Assembly (NCBI GenBank): GCA_021162685.1
Contig: JAGGYF010000044.1
Coordinates: forward strand, 1-43,066
Source of the DNA: Candidatus Iainarchaeum sp.
GTDB lineage: Archaea; B1Sed10-29; WALL01
DNA length: 43,066 nt
Direction: 5' to 3'
Position numbers and translations under genes: made by a program. Shown piece by piece: positions 1 to 8,366 of this stretch. Under the pieces are notes generated by a model. It ran no database searches. It had not been told where the DNA came from and was given only the letters and a program-made list of their open reading frames with translations. Numbering within the stretch: the first letter of the stretch is position 1; every line of letters begins with the position of its first letter.

Positions 1-881
1 GAATTGTATCCCAAAACCTTATCAATAAATCCTTCGATAATCAGCTTAGTATTTGTGCTTCTCACCCACTTATTCTCACTCTTCAACACATTCAAAAAAT
101 CCTTCATCACATCCTTATCAAACGCCTTTGGATTATACTCTAAAATCTTATCAATAAATCCCTCTTTTATCAACTCAACGGTCCCCTCCCTCACTCTCCA
201 ATCATCACTCTTCAACCCATTCAAAAAACTTTCCACATGATCCTTAGTAATCATCTCTGGATCAAATGCATCTGGACTGTACTTTTTAACATTTTCTAGA
301 ACGCCCCTGTTTATTACACTAGCAATACTTATTCTTACCTCCCCATCCTCACTCTTCAACAAATCCAAAATACCTTTCATCACATCCTTATCAAACGCCT
401 TTGGATTATACTCTAAAATCTTATCAATAAATCCCTCTTTTATCAACCAAGCAGTTAGGTATCTTACATCCTCATTCTCACTCTTCAACAAATCCAAAAT
501 ACCTTTCATCACATCCTTATCAAACGCCTCTTTATTATATTTCAAAACCTTTTCAACAAACCCAAATCTCATCAACCAAGCAGTTTTCTTCCTTACATCC
601 CCATCCTCACTCTTCAACCCATTCAAAAAACTCTCCACATGCTTCTTTGTAATCATACTAGGATCAAACGCATTTGAATTGTATCCCAAAACCTTTTCAA
701 TAAATCCTTTATTTATCAACCAAGCAGTTTCCTTCCTTACATCCTCATCCTTACTCTTCAACAAATCCAAGATAGTTCCCACAACATCTTTTCTTGCATA
801 TTCTTCAGGATTTTCATCAACTAGTCGCAATACATCATCAGTTCTCCCTGCTTTTATCAACTCTTTTATATCTTTCATCAT
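1..881 (-). CDS. HEAT/armadillo-like helical repeat protein (3' end runs off the window)
   Basis: Not in the ORF track. Manual translation from ATG at 881 is open to the window edge: MMKDIKELIKAGRTDDVLRLVDENPEEYARKDVVGTILDLLKSKDEDVRKETAWLINKGFIEKVLGYN... It contains about six 43/48-aa repeats of LxxLKSEDxxVRxxxxxLIxxGFIDKILxYNPxAFD. Confidence 0.85.
   Translation of the reverse strand, partial: MMKDIKELIKAGRTDDVLRLVDENPEEYARKDVVGTILDLLKSKDEDVRKETAWLINKGFIEKVLGYNSNAFDPSMITKKHVESFLNGLKSEDGDVRKKTAWLMRFGFVEKVLKYNKEAFDKDVMKGILDLLKSENEDVRYLTAWLIKEGFIDKILEYNPKAFDKDVMKGILDLLKSEDGEVRISIASVINRGVLENVKKYSPDAFDPEMITKDHVESFLNGLKSDDWRVREGTVELIKEGFIDKILEYNPKAFDKDVMKDFLNVLKSENKWVRSTNTKLIIEGFIDKVLGYN
103..528. 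repeat. Intragenic DNA repeats of the HEAT-like gene
   Basis: 72 bp identical at 103-174 and 376-447 (offset 273 = 91 aa). About 50 bp identical at ~348-399 and ~477-528 (offset 129 = 43 aa). Confidence 0.85.
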
Positions 882-1028
882 GTAAATTAATATTATTGCA
901 AATATAAAAAGGTTTGGGCACTGGTTAAATCAAGTTAAATAGGTCCAAATAAAATAAACCATATCTTTTATTGATCTGACCAAGATAAATCGGCTTTCCG
1001 GAACCTGACTTTATCGGGCACTGTCAAC

Positions 1029-1931
1029 TTAACCCTTCTTCTCTCTCTTCTTAACAAGATCTATAATCTCATCAGCGCTCTCGGATTCATCAAGTTCTTT
1101 CTGTCTTATGACTGATACTCCCTTTATGTTATCTGGAACCTGCACTTTCTCTAGTATATAGATTGGATGCGTCTCAAAAAATGAGCCCGTTTTTTTCATA
1201 AAATCTGCTTTCATCCTTGCATACCTTGATGTTGTTTTATCCACAAGTAATGCTTCTTTCTCTTTTGCAATGGCATCAAATCCACGATAGACAGGCACAA
1301 CCTCAAAACCTATGTCTTGCATCTTTTTCAAATAAGGAGGAAGTTCTTCGCTTTCACAACTCGCCGGTGTTGTCAACAAATCAATATTCTTTATCACATT
1401 TGTATCCAGCACACTTTCAATATGTTTCGCTTTTTGGAACTCAATATTCATCTCGCCTCTCTGATAGTTGTATATTGTCTCCCTGCTTACACCTAATAAG
1501 TGTGCAAGTTGTGAGATGCTTATATTGAGTTCTCTCATCCGTTCTTGAAGCACATGGGGTTTTATCTCAGCAACAACCTTTCCTTTGAAAAAACGTTTTT
1601 CTGGAGCAATGTTATCCAAAAAATAATTTGAAAGTGTACCAACAGTTATTGCTTTTATGCCATATCTCTCATAAACAACTCCATCCTCTAATTCACGTAC
1701 CTTTGTTTTTTCGCCAACAATGAGAGGTGTTGCACATAAACTTGCACTAATAGCTTTCAATTCTTTTGCCTGGCTTTCCCTGATGGAATCTATGTTTGAA
1801 AGCACTTTAAAAAGAAGAAGTGTAGCCCCCTTTTTTGCAGCTAAGTCAAAACAACTTTTTCTCTCAAGCGGTGCAAAGCAGGCGAACCCCGCTTTTTCAA
1901 GCGTGGCCACCAGCTTATCTTTTATGTTCAT
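1029..1931 (-). CDS. Archaeal HTH transcriptional regulator (COG1395-like)
   Basis: N-terminal SCFDLAAKK..LLFKVLSNIDS, LEDGVVYERYGI and an Xre-type HTH (ISQLAHLLGVSRETIYNYQRG). Confidence 0.85.
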   Translation of the reverse strand: MNIKDKLVATLEKAGFACFAPLERKSCFDLAAKKGATLLLFKVLSNIDSIRESQAKELKAISASLCATPLIVGEKTKVRELEDGVVYERYGIKAITVGTLSNYFLDNIAPEKRFFKGKVVAEIKPHVLQERMRELNISISQLAHLLGVSRETIYNYQRGEMNIEFQKAKHIESVLDTNVIKNIDLLTTPASCESEELPPYLKKMQDIGFEVVPVYRGFDAIAKEKEALLVDKTTSRYARMKADFMKKTGSFFETHPIYILEKVQVPDNIKGVSVIRQKELDESESADEIIDLVKKREKKG

Positions 1932-1932
1932 G

Positions 1933-2073
1933 CTACTTCTTTGATTTCTTTGATTTATCTCTTAGGTGCTTGCTACCGCATTTTCTACATCTTGTCGCCT
2001 TTTTCGGATTTGTAGCATTACACCTAATACATACCTTTTTCTCTAAACGGACATCTGATAAATCCTTTGGCAT
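1933..2073 (-). CDS. rpl40e: 50S ribosomal protein L40e
   Basis: 46 aa, below the ORF-track cut-off: [46 protein letters not shown]. CxxC..CxxC zinc ribbon; GGTGAG RBS upstream. Confidence 0.95.
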   Translation of the reverse strand: MPKDLSDVRLEKKVCIRCNATNPKKATRCRKCGSKHLRDKSKKSKK

Positions 2074-2156
2074 TTTCTCACCTAAAATATGGTATGGATT
2101 TTTAAATAAAGATGAGGAAAATATTATGCTCCTTGGGGTTTTTAAACCTATTTAAT

Positions 2157-2231
2157 GCTCCGGTAGTCTAGTCCGGTTAAGGATACAGGCCTTTCGAGCC
2201 TGCGACCCGGGTTCAAATCCCGGCCGGAGCA
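2157..2231 (+). tRNA. tRNA-Glu (TTC)
   Basis: Acceptor GCTCCGG/CCGGAGC, anticodon arm CAGGC-CT-TTC-GA-GCCTG, T-arm CCGGG-TTCAAAT-CCCGG. No encoded CCA. Confidence 0.97.
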
Positions 2232-2256
2232 TTTTATATCAAGAGGAGGAGTAGAT

Positions 2257-2370
2257 ATGGGAACAAAAGGCAGCAAAAAAGGTGAAAAGTACAAGAAAAC
2301 AGGCCATATGAGATGGAAATGGAAGAAAAAGAAGATGCGAAGAAAGAAGAGAGCGATGAAGAAGAGCTGA
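2257..2370 (+). CDS. rpl41e: Ribosomal protein L41e (eS32)
   Basis: 37 aa, MGTKGSKKGEKYKKTGHMRWKWKKKKMRRKKRAMKKS, with the MRWKWxKK signature; GAGGAGG RBS. Confidence 0.9.
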   Translation: MGTKGSKKGEKYKKTGHMRWKWKKKKMRRKKRAMKKS

Positions 2371-2378
2371 TAGCGTAA

Positions 2379-2462
2379 GCAGGGGTGCCGGAGCGGACAA
2401 ACGGGCAGGGCTTAGGACTCTGTGGCTTAGTGCCTTCGGGGGTTCGAATCCCCTCCCCTGCA
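2379..2462 (+). tRNA. tRNA-Leu (TAG)
   Basis: Acceptor GCAGGGG/CCCCTGC, anticodon arm CAGGG-CT-TAG-GA-CTCTG, long variable arm, GGGGG-TTCGAAT-CCCCT. Confidence 0.96.
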
Positions 2463-2766
2463 TTCAGGGGCCTTGTGCCCCTGTTGATTCGGAGATTTTG
2501 ATGAAACTTTTGTAAAAAGTTTCTTCGAATCCCCTCCCCTGCACCAGCGTCTTGGGGGGAGCTGTGCTCCCCCCGAAACCCTGGGGTTCATCCCCCCTCC
2601 TAGTGGGCTGGTCGCCGAAGGCGAGCACCCACGCTCGTCGACGGAGCACCGTCGTTTGGATCCCCTCCCCTGCATTCACCAAATTATACATATGGTCGTT
2701 CGTAGTGGGATACAAGATCCCACTATTAGAAATCATTGGAGGAGGATAACAAACGCTCCCCTGCAT
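2443..2766 (+). repeat. Array of tRNA-Leu 3'-end copies separated by hairpin-rich spacers
   Basis: TTCGAATCCCCTCCCCTGCA at 2443-2462 and 2524-2543; ATCCCCTCCCCTGCATTCA at 2448-2466 and 2660-2678; CTCCCCTGCAT at 2756-2766. Confidence 0.9.
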
Positions 2767-2801
2767 GTAGTTACTTATACTTCTTTTCATAAAATTTGTT
2801 C

Positions 2802-3509
2802 ATGCCAATCAAAGCCATAATTTTTGATTTTGATGGACCCCTAGCAAACAGCTACAAGCACTTGCATAAAGGGATAATCAAAACACTGAAAGATGACCCA
2901 CGGATAAACAAAAACAAGCTGCGATTTCTTATTAAATCGCCAAGATTTTACTCCTTCTGGAAGAACGTGAACTGGAAGACATTTGTTAATGACATTTATA
3001 GGAGGTTTGGCATTTCTCTCTCAGAAAAGGAGGCTGCCAGAATAAAAGAAAAGATGATGGGGGTGATGGATAAGGAAATGGCAGACGCACCACTCTACAA
3101 AGATGTGCATAAAACAATAAAACAGCTCAAAAAGGACGGATATAAAATAATTATAGCATCGTACGCTCCAGAGGAGCGAATAAGACAGAAGCTTATGGAA
3201 GAAAACCTCTTAGATTATGTTGATGGAATTTTTGGCAGACAGGTATCTACTAATAGGATAGAACGAACAAAGCATGTAATCAACCATTTGTCAGGTTTGG
3301 GTATCAACCCAGAGGAGTGCCTTCTTGTTGGAGATATGCCAGATGATGTGCTGGCAAGTAGGAAAGTTGGAGCAATCAGTGCAGTTATTCTCAGAAAAAG
3401 ATTTGGGAAGACAATTGTCCCAAAACCACTGTTCAAGAAGCGCAATCTAGAACCTGACTACTATATAAAATCACTTTCTGAACTCAAGAAGCTGTTAACT
3501 ATATCCTAA
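2802..3509 (+). CDS. HAD-superfamily hydrolase (phosphoglycolate phosphatase-like)
   Basis: IIFDFDG motif I and LLVGDMPDDV motif IV. Start moved to the ATG at 2802. Confidence 0.85.
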   Translation: MPIKAIIFDFDGPLANSYKHLHKGIIKTLKDDPRINKNKLRFLIKSPRFYSFWKNVNWKTFVNDIYRRFGISLSEKEAARIKEKMMGVMDKEMADAPLYKDVHKTIKQLKKDGYKIIIASYAPEERIRQKLMEENLLDYVDGIFGRQVSTNRIERTKHVINHLSGLGINPEECLLVGDMPDDVLASRKVGAISAVILRKRFGKTIVPKPLFKKRNLEPDYYIKSLSELKKLLTIS

Positions 3510-3688
3510 AATGCTCGTTTAGTTCCCTGTACTTCCCCATATGCTTTTTGATGTACTCATTTGGATTTCTTAGATAGTTGTTGGTATGAGTTAGAAGTAC
3601 GCTTTCAAATCTTACATCTATGCAAAAATGTATTTATATTCATTATTCTACCAATTGAGTTAAATATCCCTTTGGATAAACTATAATC

Positions 3689-4291
3689 ATGCGAGGTAAA
3701 TTTATAGTTTTTGAAGGTGTAGATGCATCTGGAAAAGCGACCCAGCAGAGGCTATTGGCAGAACGTTTAAAGAAAGAGGGCTATGATGTTGAGATTATTG
3801 ATTTTCCAGATTATAATGCGCCCATAGGCAAGGCAATAAAGGAATTCCTCTTTGAGCGGTATGACATTGACAGAGAGACAGCATCCTTACTATATGCTGC
3901 AGATAGGAGACAACACTACAAGCAAATTACGAATTGGCTAAAAGAAGGAAAAATTGTTTTAAGTGACAGATACATCTATTCCAACATCGCATTCCAGCAC
4001 GCCGCAGGTGTCTCTCTGAAATGGCTTTTTGAGATTGATTCTGTGAATGTCCAGGCAGATTATGTTTTACTTCTGGATCTGGACCCAAAGATATCATATA
4101 TGAGAAAGAAACGGAGAGACAGAAACGAACGTGATTTGAAATACCTGACAAAGGTTAGGAAGATTTACCTAGATATGTGTGATGGTGTAATCCCTACTGA
4201 TCCAACATGGGTAAAAATAGACGCGTCAAAATCCATTGAGGAGGTACACAATCAGATATGGGAAGAGGTGAGTAAATGGATACGGAAGTAA
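3689..4291 (+). CDS. tmk: Thymidylate kinase
   Basis: FIVFEGVDASGKAT P-loop, LLYAADR, SDRYIYS. Confidence 0.95.
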   Translation: MRGKFIVFEGVDASGKATQQRLLAERLKKEGYDVEIIDFPDYNAPIGKAIKEFLFERYDIDRETASLLYAADRRQHYKQITNWLKEGKIVLSDRYIYSNIAFQHAAGVSLKWLFEIDSVNVQADYVLLLDLDPKISYMRKKRRDRNERDLKYLTKVRKIYLDMCDGVIPTDPTWVKIDASKSIEEVHNQIWEEVSKWIRK

Positions 4292-4761
4292 TTGACATAA
4301 AATTGGATAAAGGGCAAGAAGTAATTGTTGGCCAGGGAAACTTCAGTTTGAAAACTACTGATGATATTGCAAGGGTTATGTTAACAAGTGCCCCAAATAT
4401 CAAAGTCGGGGTTGCAATGAACGATGGCGGCATGAAGATAACACGAAGTAGTGGAAACGATGAAAAACTTGAAAAAAAGGCAGCTGAGATCTGTTATAGA
4501 ATTGGTGCAGGTCATGTTTTTGTTGTTATTTTAGAAGGTGCATTCCCAGTAAATGTTCTGAACGATCTACAACATGTGCATGGTGTTTGTAGCATATATG
4601 CTGCAACAGCAAACACATTACAACTCATTTTGGTAAAGACGGAGCAGGGCAAGGGCATCATTGGTGTAGTGGATGGAGCAAGCCCACAGTCCGTGGAGGA
4701 CGAGCCAACAAAGGAGGAGAGAAGAAAACTGCTGAGGAAGATAGGGTATAGGTTGGGTTAG
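4276..4761 (+). CDS. Adenosine-binding/adenosine-specific kinase family protein (DUF355/COG1839-like)
   Basis: IVGQGNF, IGAGHVFVV..FPVNVLN, ATAN, GIIGVVDG, ERRKLLRKIGY motifs. Confidence 0.85.
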   Translation: MDTEVIDIKLDKGQEVIVGQGNFSLKTTDDIARVMLTSAPNIKVGVAMNDGGMKITRSSGNDEKLEKKAAEICYRIGAGHVFVVILEGAFPVNVLNDLQHVHGVCSIYAATANTLQLILVKTEQGKGIIGVVDGASPQSVEDEPTKEERRKLLRKIGYRLG

Positions 4762-4763
4762 TT

Positions 4764-4901
4764 ATGTATATGTCAGAAGAAGAGGAAGTAAAATTAGTTA
4801 ACAGAGGAATTGAGATTGAGATGCAAGATATAAAATCCGGCAAAATAAAGACAAAACCATACAAGAGGATTAGAAAGAAGTATGGATTTAGCGAAAAGTA
4901 A
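4764..4901 (+). CDS. Small protein, possibly antitoxin-like
   Basis: 45-aa ORF that fills the gap between two co-oriented genes: MYMSEEEEVKLVNRGIEIEMQDIKSGKIKTKPYKRIRKKYGFSEK. Confidence 0.55.
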   Translation: MYMSEEEEVKLVNRGIEIEMQDIKSGKIKTKPYKRIRKKYGFSEK

Positions 4902-4909
4902 GGGAGAGC

Positions 4910-5554
4910 ATGAGTAAACTCGAAGATCTACTTTCAAAGTACGGAATGCTTTTCTCTGAAGAATTAGGGATAGATGTTTCAAGGAAGCCATTTCAGTGGC
5001 TTTTAGCTTCTGTCCTTTTTGGTATGAGAATCAATACAACAATTGCCAAAAACACCTTTCTGGCTTACAAACGCAATGGATTAACAACACCAGAAGCGAT
5101 ATTAAATGCAGGATGGTATAAGCTAGTTAGGGTGCATGGTGAAGGAGGCTATGTCCGCTATGATGGAATGACTGCTGATTACATGTTAGATATTGCCAAG
5201 AAGCTTTTGGACGATTATGATGGAAACGTAAGAAAACTTGATGAGTTGAGCAAAAGCCCAAAAGAATTAGAAGAGAGACTTCTAGAATTTAGGGGGATTG
5301 GTCCAGTAACTGTTAGCATATTCCTTAGGGAGCTGAGGGGCATTTGGAAGAACGCAGATCCATTACCAACAAATGTTGAGATAATAGCGGCAAGGAAGCT
5401 AGGCATAACAAAAGCAAAGACAAGGGAAAAGGCACTTGATGCCATGAAAAGATTCTGGAAGAAAAATAAGATTAAAGGTTATGATTTCAGAAACTTTGAG
5501 GCTATGCTTGTTAGGATAGGACTCAAACTGAGACGAACATTACGGGCCCCATAG
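4910..5554 (+). CDS. HhH-GPD / endonuclease III-like DNA repair family protein
   Basis: PFQWLLASVLFG..I, GGYVRYD and the HhH motif LLEFRGIGPVTVSIFLRE. Confidence 0.8.
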   Translation: MSKLEDLLSKYGMLFSEELGIDVSRKPFQWLLASVLFGMRINTTIAKNTFLAYKRNGLTTPEAILNAGWYKLVRVHGEGGYVRYDGMTADYMLDIAKKLLDDYDGNVRKLDELSKSPKELEERLLEFRGIGPVTVSIFLRELRGIWKNADPLPTNVEIIAARKLGITKAKTREKALDAMKRFWKKNKIKGYDFRNFEAMLVRIGLKLRRTLRAP

Positions 5555-6027
5555 CAGAATATGTTGCATACTCTAAGTCTTTCTCTGGATAAACTTTTGT
5601 CCCTCCATAGATTGCATGGGGGTCATTAACAATGATTTTTCCTCTTTTGAAGCCAACAGCAATGACATCAATTTTACTACCACTCTCTAAAAACGTTATG
5701 TAACTCCTCAAAGTTCTTTTTATATGAGTATCTTTCCCTCTTTTATTCTTCTTTTCATGTCCCTGATAATTTTATCATTGTTCATTGTCTTATATTCTGG
5801 AGCAAAATAATCTGGATTACATCCAACTATTTTACATTTTAGACCGTTTTTTATAAGAAATGTACCAAGATCTGCAATATATGTTCCTTCGCTTTTATAC
5901 ACTTTCATGTGTTTTAGAATTGTATCGTTAGCTCTCTTCCATAGTAATCCAAAATCATTTTCATACAATAAACACCACATAACATAGAGCCTTTTGGTTG
6001 TCTATAGATTGGCACATTCAGCTTCAT
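5523..6027 (-). pseudogene. Degraded peptidase C39-like gene
   Basis: Reassembled across frames: MKLNVPIYRQPK/GSMLCGVYCMKMILDYYG/..GTYIADLG../..IAVGFKRGKIIVNDP. Three frameshifts; the catalytic-His segment appears deleted. Confidence 0.75.
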
Positions 6028-6653
6028 CTTTGGCCATCCTTGTCAAAAATCCCCAACAATTCCTCCAAATCTTTAATAGTATAATCGGGTTTAACTCCTT
6101 TCATTCCCTTTGTATGTCTCCCTTTTAACAAAACAGTAAGCGCAATTCCAGCATCTTTTGGCCCTTTAATATCTTCCAAAACCATGTCCCCAACAAATGC
6201 TGTTTCCTTTGGCTTAACTCCAAGCTTCTTCATAGCAACCTGATAGATTTTTTTCTTTGGCTTTCTAACACCGACATCCCTTGAATATACTTCAACATCC
6301 ATATATCTACTTATACCAAATCGTTTGGCATCTATGGGATTTGCCTTGCTAGTACAATTACTTACTATGCCTAATTTGTAACCTCTTTTCTTCAACTCCC
6401 GCAGTACTTTTAGGGCATTCTTCTTTTTCCACATTTTAACATTCTTCCTGTTCAATCGCAGCAAAAATCTCTCTGGGTCTTTTACCTTAACCTTCAACCA
6501 TTTCCCACATACCTCTTTTGCACTTAATTCTATTCTCTTTGCATGCTTTACTTTACAGTACTCATTATATCTTTCTATGTACTTGTCTGTGTAATCAGTG
6601 TATTCATAGTCTGTCAATGTTCCCCCAAAGTCAAAAAGAATTGCTTTTATCAA
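6024..6653 (-). CDS. HAD-superfamily hydrolase
   Basis: IKAILFDFGGTL, IVSN, RKP, FVGD..EDI. Start placed at TTG 6653 after a GAGGTG RBS. Confidence 0.85.
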   Translation of the reverse strand: MIKAILFDFGGTLTDYEYTDYTDKYIERYNEYCKVKHAKRIELSAKEVCGKWLKVKVKDPERFLLRLNRKNVKMWKKKNALKVLRELKKRGYKLGIVSNCTSKANPIDAKRFGISRYMDVEVYSRDVGVRKPKKKIYQVAMKKLGVKPKETAFVGDMVLEDIKGPKDAGIALTVLLKGRHTKGMKGVKPDYTIKDLEELLGIFDKDGQR

Positions 6654-6655
6654 TG

Positions 6656-7204
6656 TTACACCTCTAGCACTGTATACTTTCCTCTTCCAAGTATGAAATG
6701 ATTTCTGGTTACATGATATAATGGATTTAGTTTTGTGCGCAGTTTCCATTTTTCCTTTGAAAAGACCTTTTTGTTTACATCTGCCTCAACAACTTCACCA
6801 ATGATCAAGATATGGTCGCCAGTTTTCTTTTTCCATCTGAAAACACATTCTAGATTAGTTTGACATTCCTTAATTCTGTATGGTTTAACTTTTTTTGGTT
6901 TTATGGGGGTTAATCCACTATGCTTGAATTCATCTTCAACCTTCTTCCCACAAGACCATACCTTATCAACAATGTCAGGAGAGGGAATACTAACAACAAA
7001 TTCTTTTGTTTTCATTATGTTTTTGTAGGTATCCGTTTCTTTTCTTGTGCCGAAGCACACCATGGGTGGTATATGTGAGCAAGTGGCAAAAAATGCGAAG
7101 GGAGCAACATTTTTCTTTTTCTTTTCGTCTATTGTTGAAACCAATACAACAGGTGCAGGCGGTGTCGCATATACAACAAGGTTTAATGGCAATTTCATGT
7201 TCAC
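6656..7204 (-). CDS. Flavin reductase-like (DIM6/NTAB family) protein
   Basis: PVVLVST..NVAPF..PP, DTYKNI..TKEFVV, LEC, GDHILIIGEV. Confidence 0.9.
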   Translation of the reverse strand: MNMKLPLNLVVYATPPAPVVLVSTIDEKKKKNVAPFAFFATCSHIPPMVCFGTRKETDTYKNIMKTKEFVVSIPSPDIVDKVWSCGKKVEDEFKHSGLTPIKPKKVKPYRIKECQTNLECVFRWKKKTGDHILIIGEVVEADVNKKVFSKEKWKLRTKLNPLYHVTRNHFILGRGKYTVLEV

Positions 7205-7467
7205 ACCAAGTATTCATCTGCTGGTTGATTTCCAGGTATTCTTATACAGATCATTGCCTTTTTCTTCTTCCCTTTGTTATCATACTCATGTACCTCTCCT
7301 TCTTTCCATATATCTATGTTCCCCTTCTCATCTATAATAATCTCCTTCACAATTCTGTGATAATGTTTTGGTATTGTCTTGTTTGCATATAACACAATCT
7401 TGCTAAGCTCAAATTCAGGATTTTGTTCAATTACTTCCACATAACCCCATGGTTTCTTTATCTTCAT
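7201..7467 (-). CDS. Small cupin-domain protein
   Basis: KKPWG, HYH..KE, GEVHEYDN. GGTGA RBS before ATG 7467. Confidence 0.7.
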   Translation of the reverse strand: MKIKKPWGYVEVIEQNPEFELSKIVLYANKTIPKHYHRIVKEIIIDEKGNIDIWKEGEVHEYDNKGKKKKAMICIRIPGNQPADEYLV

Positions 7468-7471
7468 GATA

Positions 7472-7954
7472 TCACCTGCACATACTTCCAAAACATTTGT
7501 TTTTCATCTTACATAGACAACATGCCTTTTTATGTACAACCATAAATATCAACACAAGCAATATATAACTCATAGTTAATCCGAAGATATATGCAGAAAA
7601 TCCAACAATATTCTCATAGATCATTGCGATTAACGGAACACCCATAATTACTGGCCAAGTTACTCCTGCAATTTTTGCCCCTAATTCGTAATTTCCAGAT
7701 TTTTTTCTAAAAAGCATTGCAGATAACTTACCCCATCCTGTTGAACACCATTTTCCATAATAGTAACAATGCGTGCATATCTCTTTCCTCAACACAATGT
7801 ACACTACCAGCAATGAGCCTAATAGGTACAAATATGCTAAAACAGAGTTGAAGAGAGATATGCCTATAAAACCTATACCTAGAACAACCAAAAGGTTTAC
7901 ATTTGTTATAAGTGCCCAGTATCTTTCATATTCATTTTTCATTTCTAACACCAT
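7472..7954 (-). CDS. Cys-rich membrane protein
   Basis: Four hydrophobic segments, CTHCYYYGKWCSTGWG and a C-terminal CCLC..C cluster. Confidence 0.75.
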   Translation of the reverse strand: MVLEMKNEYERYWALITNVNLLVVLGIGFIGISLFNSVLAYLYLLGSLLVVYIVLRKEICTHCYYYGKWCSTGWGKLSAMLFRKKSGNYELGAKIAGVTWPVIMGVPLIAMIYENIVGFSAYIFGLTMSYILLVLIFMVVHKKACCLCKMKNKCFGSMCR

Positions 7955-8366
7955 CTATAAATGTTTTCATCTCATCTGTGATTCTTTGGAGCTCTTCCTG
8001 TGGTATATGTTTTGTGGCATCTACACCATAGTACTCTCCCATAACCATATGCGTCATTGCTATCTCTTCTGGATACATCTGAAAGTGCAGGTGTTGCGGC
8101 TGTGTTCCGTTTTCCATCCCACAGAACAGAGTCACACCTCTTGTCCCATACTTCTTTTTCAATATCTTCCTCATGAATTCTATTTCGTCAATGAGGTACA
8201 ACTTTTCCTCATCTGTAAGGTCTTCTAGGTTTGGAACGCATTTTTTTGGAAGTATCAAGATATGCCCTGCTTTTACTGGGTTTATGGACATAATGGTATA
8301 TGCGTATTTATTCTCATGCACTACCCTGTTCCTTCTATGCTCCTTACACAGCACGCACTCACTCAT
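7932..8366 (-). CDS. HIT-family nucleotide hydrolase/transferase
   Basis: CVLC, PVKAGHILILPK, QPQHLHFQ (HxHxQ variant). Confidence 0.85.
   Translation of the reverse strand: MSECVLCKEHRRNRVVHENKYAYTIMSINPVKAGHILILPKKCVPNLEDLTDEEKLYLIDEIEFMRKILKKKYGTRGVTLFCGMENGTQPQHLHFQMYPEEIAMTHMVMGEYYGVDATKHIPQEELQRITDEMKTFIDGVRNEK

Noticed and set aside
4..885. Plus-strand ORFs 4-240 and 679-885
   Set aside because: Antisense shadows of the minus-strand repeat protein.
915..1028. GGGCACTG occurring twice, resembling IS6-type ends
   Set aside because: Only 8 bp, in direct rather than inverted orientation, with no transposase or target duplication.
2443..2766. CRISPR array
   Set aside because: The repeats are tRNA 3' sequence of unequal length, the spacers are 60-115 bp and self-complementary, and no cas genes are present.
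2239..2790. ORFs 2239-2463, 2427-2675, 2464-2790 and 2552-2749
   Set aside because: Shadow frames over tRNA-Leu, rpl41e and the GC-rich repeats; GRGFEP and RGGDSNP are typical antisense-tRNA translations.
3500..3640. Short minus-strand open frame (IDVRFESVLLTHTNNYLRNPNEYIKKHMGKYRELNEHFRI)
   Set aside because: No clear start codon or RBS. It may be a gene remnant but cannot be supported.
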